A program made the position numbers and the translations under genes. The notes under the pieces were generated by a model. That model saw only the letters and a program-made list of their open reading frames with translations, had not been told where the DNA came from and made no database searches. This document shows positions 60,064 to 64,000 of a DNA stretch of 64,000 nt, piece after piece. Source of the stretch: a bacterium (lineage in GTDB: Bacteria > JAAXHH01); NCBI GenBank assembly GCA_965203885.1, contig OZ241920.1, forward strand, positions 3,611,372-3,675,371, written 5' to 3'. Each line of letters begins with the position of its first letter. Within the stretch, counting starts at the first letter, position 1.

Positions 60064-61680
60064 TCACATCCTGAGCATTTTCCCGGCGACCGCGCGCGCT
60101 TCATCCAGCGTACCCACGATGTGCGCTTCCGGCACGCGCTGGATGATCCCGAGGGCGGAAAGGGTTTCCTCGACGGATCCCGAAAGCGACATGACGATGA
60201 ACTCGGTGTCTTCGCTCGTGGCGACGTCCATGAGCTGTTCGACGACCATGGCCGCGCTGTCGTCGATGTAGGTGGCCCCGGAGAAATCGAAGATGACGAC
60301 GTCATGGTCCTTGATGTCCTCGCTGATCACCCCCACCAGCTTCTTGGACGACGCGACGGTGAAACTGCCCCTGAGCGCAACCAGCCCGACGCGTGCCGTG
60401 AACTCGTCCACGCTGGCGTCGTCTTCTTCCCGGGTGAAGAACTGGCGGTCCAGCAGCGGTACGGACACCACGCTGTCCAGTTCGAGGTTCTCCAGCTTCC
60501 GGGCGTGGGCCATGCCCGCGACGATCAGTCCGATCGCCACCGCGGTGACCAGGTCGACGAACACGGTCAGCCCCAGGGTGATCAGCAGGATGATGAGATG
60601 TTCCCTGCGGAGACGGTGGATCCGCGTCAATATCCGCCAGTCGACGATGTCCCAGCCCACCTTCATGAGTATGCCCGCCAGCACGGCGTGGGGGATCGGT
60701 TCGACGATCCAGCCCAGGCCCATGAGGAGCACCAGCAGGATGACCGCGCGGATCGCGCCGGACAAACGGGTGGTGCCGCCGGCCCTGATATTGGTTACCG
60801 TGCCCATGGTGGCGCCGGCGCCGGGGAGTCCGCCGACCAGTCCGGCGACCATGTTCCCGATGCCCTGGCCCACCAGTTCCTGGTCCGCCCTGTGACGCGT
60901 ACCCGTCAGCGAGTCGGCGATCAGGGAGGTGAGCAGGCTGTCCACGGAACCCAGCAGGGCGAGGATGAGCGCGGGTTCGATGGCCCGTAGCAGGAAGTCG
61001 GCCGTGGGCGGCGCGAGGATGATTTCCGGCAGGCCGGAGGGTATGATCCCGATTATGGGCACGTCGGTCAGCCAGAGCACGCTCAGCAGCGTCCCGGCGA
61101 CGAGCGCCACCAGGGTGCCGGGCACGATGCGGGACAACGTCCTCGGCCAGAGCACGCCGACGGCCAGGGTGACGAAGGCGATCGCGAAGGCGCTGTAGTT
61201 GATATCCCCGATGGCCTCCGCCAGCACCCCGATGGTACCGACGACGCCGCCCGGCGCGGCGGGTGCGCCGATGAAGGGCAGGGCCTGGATCAGCATGACG
61301 ATCAGTCCGATGCCGGACATGAACCCCGATATCACGACGTGGGGAGTGTAGGCGACGTAACGGCCGATCCTCAACACGCCCAGCAGAATCTGCAGAAACC
61401 CGCCCATCATGACCACGATCAGGGCTTCGCTCATGGTACTGGCGTGTTCCGTTATGATGACCGCCATGGCCACGGTCATGGGCGCCGTGGGCCCGGATAT
61501 CTGGGAACGGGTCCCGCCGAACAGCGCGGCGAACAACCCGACGCCGATCGCGCCGTACAGGCCGGCCGCCGCGCCCATGCCCGATGCGACGCCGAAGGCC
61601 AGCGCGACCGGCAGGCCGACAACCGCCGCGGTTATCCCGCCGAACAGATCGCCTCGGAAGGCGTCCAGACTGTAGTTCAA
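60064..61680 (-). CDS. SulP/SLC26 anion transporter (BicA-like) with STAS domain
   Basis: GDLFGGITAAVV.LP.ALAFG, ISGPT, GQGIGN, YIDDSA; TTG start with AAGGAG RBS. Confidence 0.93.
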   Translation of the reverse strand: MNYSLDAFRGDLFGGITAAVVGLPVALAFGVASGMGAAAGLYGAIGVGLFAALFGGTRSQISGPTAPMTVAMAVIITEHASTMSEALIVVMMGGFLQILLGVLRIGRYVAYTPHVVISGFMSGIGLIVMLIQALPFIGAPAAPGGVVGTIGVLAEAIGDINYSAFAIAFVTLAVGVLWPRTLSRIVPGTLVALVAGTLLSVLWLTDVPIIGIIPSGLPEIILAPPTADFLLRAIEPALILALLGSVDSLLTSLIADSLTGTRHRADQELVGQGIGNMVAGLVGGLPGAGATMGTVTNIRAGGTTRLSGAIRAVILLVLLMGLGWIVEPIPHAVLAGILMKVGWDIVDWRILTRIHRLRREHLIILLITLGLTVFVDLVTAVAIGLIVAGMAHARKLENLELDSVVSVPLLDRQFFTREEDDASVDEFTARVGLVALRGSFTVASSKKLVGVISEDIKDHDVVIFDFSGATYIDDSAAMVVEQLMDVATSEDTEFIVMSLSGSVEETLSALGIIQRVPEAHIVGTLDEARAVAGKMLRM

Positions 61681-61848
61681 CGCAGCACTCCTTTTCTTGA
61701 CTGATTGGGCTTGCTTCGCGGGGAAAGCAACGTATCTTCGCTGTGTAAATGATATACATCGACATGGCAAGGTCAAGTATTCCATGCGCGTGTGCCGACC
61801 CGGCGCGATAACGACGCGCGAAGTCGCGAAAAAAGGACGTTTGAACCC

Positions 61849-62580
61849 ATGTGCGGCCGCCTCTCGCAGAACCTGACCTGGCAGCAGATTTACACGCTGT
61901 ACACCCTGCCGGTCGCAACGCCGCGGCTTGATCCGCAACCCCGGTACAACGGCGCGCCGACCCAGGATTTCGCGCTCTGCCGCCTCGACGAGAGCGGTAT
62001 GAGATCCATGGCCGTGCTTCGCTGGGGGCTGGTCCCGTCCTGGGCCAAAGACGTCAAGATCGGCGCGCGGCTCATCAACGCCCGGGCCGAGACCGTCCAG
62101 GAAAAGCCGTCCTTCCGATCGGCCTTCCGGGCGCGGCGGTGCCTCATCCCGGCGAACGGATGGTTCGAATGGAAGCGGACCGGGGGGACCGGCCCGTCCA
62201 GGGGGACCACGGGATCCAGGGGGAACGGAGGCGGCAAGCAACCCTATTTCCTGGCGCTTGAACACGGTTCGCCCCTTTCCTTTGCCGCGTTGTGGGAGCA
62301 ATGGGGCCGGGGCGGCCAGCATCTCGAGACGTTCACCATCATCACGACCGAAGCTTCGCCCGCGCTTGCGGATATCCATGATCGCCAGCCCGCGGTGGTC
62401 GATCCCGACGACTTCACGGATTGGCTCGATCCCGGGACGCCCCCGGAGACACTGAAGGAGATCATAGGCACACCGCACGAAGGACCCTACGAAATCCGCC
62501 CGGTAAGCGACCGGGTAAACCGCGTGGCCAACGACACCCCGGATATCCTCGCGCCCCTGGTGAGGAATACGCTGTTCTGA
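61849..62580 (+). CDS. SOS response-associated peptidase (SRAP/YedK)
   Basis: MCGR start, RYNGAPTQ, WGLVPSW, INARAET, IHDRQP. Confidence 0.95.
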   Translation: MCGRLSQNLTWQQIYTLYTLPVATPRLDPQPRYNGAPTQDFALCRLDESGMRSMAVLRWGLVPSWAKDVKIGARLINARAETVQEKPSFRSAFRARRCLIPANGWFEWKRTGGTGPSRGTTGSRGNGGGKQPYFLALEHGSPLSFAALWEQWGRGGQHLETFTIITTEASPALADIHDRQPAVVDPDDFTDWLDPGTPPETLKEIIGTPHEGPYEIRPVSDRVNRVANDTPDILAPLVRNTLF

Positions 62581-62607
62581 CGTCCCCGAGTACGCGAGGC
62601 GCATGAC

Positions 62608-63090
62608 ATGGACAACCCGCCCCACGGGACACCGCGAGACGACGCCGCAACGCTGCGGCGTTTCGTCCTGATCGTACTGACGGTCGGTATCGTGGGCGTC
62701 GGTCTCGAACTCGTGCTCCTGGATCACATGGAGGACAACTGGCAATGGTCTCCGATCGTTCTCCTGGCCGCGGGCCTTCCGGTCTCGATCTGGCTCATCC
62801 TGTCTCCCGGCCGCGCGGTCATCAGGGTCTACCAGGTCCTCATGGGGTTGTTCGTCCTGTCCGGAATCGTCGGGCAGTGGCTGCACTACCAGGGAAACGT
62901 GGAGTTCGAACTGGAAATGTATCCATCGCGGGAAGGGCTCGAACTGGTGTGGGAGGCCCTGGGAGGCGCTTATCCGGCACTTGCGCCGGGCACCATGACG
63001 TTATTCGGCGTGCTCGGCCTGGTGGCCTGTCTTCGCCACCCGGCCCTGAACACAAAACCTGTATCCATCAAAACCATGGAGAAATCATGA
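62608..63090 (+). CDS. Hypothetical 4-TM membrane protein
   Basis: Hydrophobic helices; ELVLLDH, HYQGNVEFELE, PALAPG. Confidence 0.75.
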   Translation: MDNPPHGTPRDDAATLRRFVLIVLTVGIVGVGLELVLLDHMEDNWQWSPIVLLAAGLPVSIWLILSPGRAVIRVYQVLMGLFVLSGIVGQWLHYQGNVEFELEMYPSREGLELVWEALGGAYPALAPGTMTLFGVLGLVACLRHPALNTKPVSIKTMEKS

Positions 63091-63821
63091 TCACATCGAT
63101 GCAACCCGGGTCCGTGCTGCTGAGAACGTTTATTGCCTGCCTCTTCACCGTCGGGATGGCGGGATGCGGCGGTTCGGAACCGGCCGACCGGGGCGGTTCC
63201 GGCGATCCGGCCGATCCGGCCGATCCGGGTCAGACCGGATCGATGGCCGAAACGGCGGCGGCGGTCCTCAATCCCAACCTGGCCGGAAGCGGCGAACTTG
63301 CCATGTTGCCCGGCATGACCGCGGAACTTGCGGACATGGTGTCGGACGCCCGGCCTTTTTCGGACATGATGGAACTGGATGGGCTCGTTTCCGCGCACCT
63401 GGACGAAGACGATGCGGCCGCGCTCTACGCCCGGATGTTCATTCCGTTGAACCTGAACACGGCAGCGGACGAGGAAATACTCCTGGTGCCGGGCGTGGGC
63501 GATCGCATGCTGCACGAGTTCAAGGAGTACCGGCCCTATCTCTCCATCGCCCAGTGGCGCCGTGAAATGGGCAAGTACGTGGACGATGCCGAGGTAGCGC
63601 GCATGGAGCAGTACGTGTTCGTGCCCATCGACCTGAACGCGGCCACCGACGAGGAGATCCTGTCCGTTCCCGGGGTCGGCGAACGTATGGCCCATGAATT
63701 CAAGGAATACCGACCGTATTCCAGCATGGAACAATTTCGCCGTGAAATCGGTAAGTACGTGGACGAAGGCGAGGTGGTCAGGCTGGAGAGATACGTGGAA
63801 ATCCGAAACCCGGAACCGTAG
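63087..63821 (+). CDS. Lipoprotein with repeated helix-hairpin-helix (ComEA/PsbU-like) domains
   Basis: MAGC lipobox; LNLNTA..EEILLVPGVG...RPY unit duplicated, plus a degenerate first copy. Confidence 0.8.
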   Translation: MITSMQPGSVLLRTFIACLFTVGMAGCGGSEPADRGGSGDPADPADPGQTGSMAETAAAVLNPNLAGSGELAMLPGMTAELADMVSDARPFSDMMELDGLVSAHLDEDDAAALYARMFIPLNLNTAADEEILLVPGVGDRMLHEFKEYRPYLSIAQWRREMGKYVDDAEVARMEQYVFVPIDLNAATDEEILSVPGVGERMAHEFKEYRPYSSMEQFRREIGKYVDEGEVVRLERYVEIRNPEP

Positions 63822-63939
63822 GATCGAAGCGTGCCGCCCGAGGATACGCGCCGGCCGGGACGCGTACCGCGCGAAGTTGGAACGTACCGCGCGCTGGGGC
63901 ATGGTAACGCTGGGGATATTGTATCGCGGGGAATGGTAA

Positions 63940-64000
63940 TCGGGGTGGGGGGATTTGAACCCCCGACCCCCTGCTCCCAAAGCAGGTGCGCTGACCGGAC
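63940..64000 (-). tRNA. tRNA-Pro(TGG), 5' end beyond window
   Basis: CCTGC-TTTGGGA-GCAGG, GTTCAAATCC. Confidence 0.92.

Noticed and set aside
61681-62886. N-terminal extension making SulP 940 aa
   Set aside because: Antisense to SRAP and the membrane protein; the real start is TTG 61680 with an AAGGAG RBS.

Overview
High-GC bacterial chromosome segment, probably from an uncultured lineage; the taxon cannot be fixed from sequence alone. About the first 26 kb is almost all minus-strand. It holds core genes (rplI-rpsR-rpsF, pth, rplY, prs, ispE, gmhA/hddA/rfbD, alaS, recX-thpR-cinA-pgpA-pgsA with no recA, recR-ybaB-dnaX), a large Alu-domain SRP RNA, four tRNAs, tadA, an inserted Stf0-type sulfotransferase and a sugar-acid cluster (enolase, cupin, eda, GalU-like, glucuronokinase-like GHMP kinase, LarA family, gamma-CA). 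Next come an opp operon interrupted by DUF368, rnz-folP-ftsH-hpt-tilS-tRNA(CAU), several transporters and a DAC-YbbR fusion. An AT-rich islet at about 55.07-57.38 kb carries a coupled three-gene cassette (TIGR04255-like, helical protein, Cys/His papain-like protein); this is the best candidate for an undescribed toxin-antitoxin or defence system. Throughout the window, short locus-specific tandem duplications pile up at gene ends, stop/start junctions and protein linkers. Start codons were re-picked by eye using RBS and family motifs. Family calls rest on motif recognition, not database searches.
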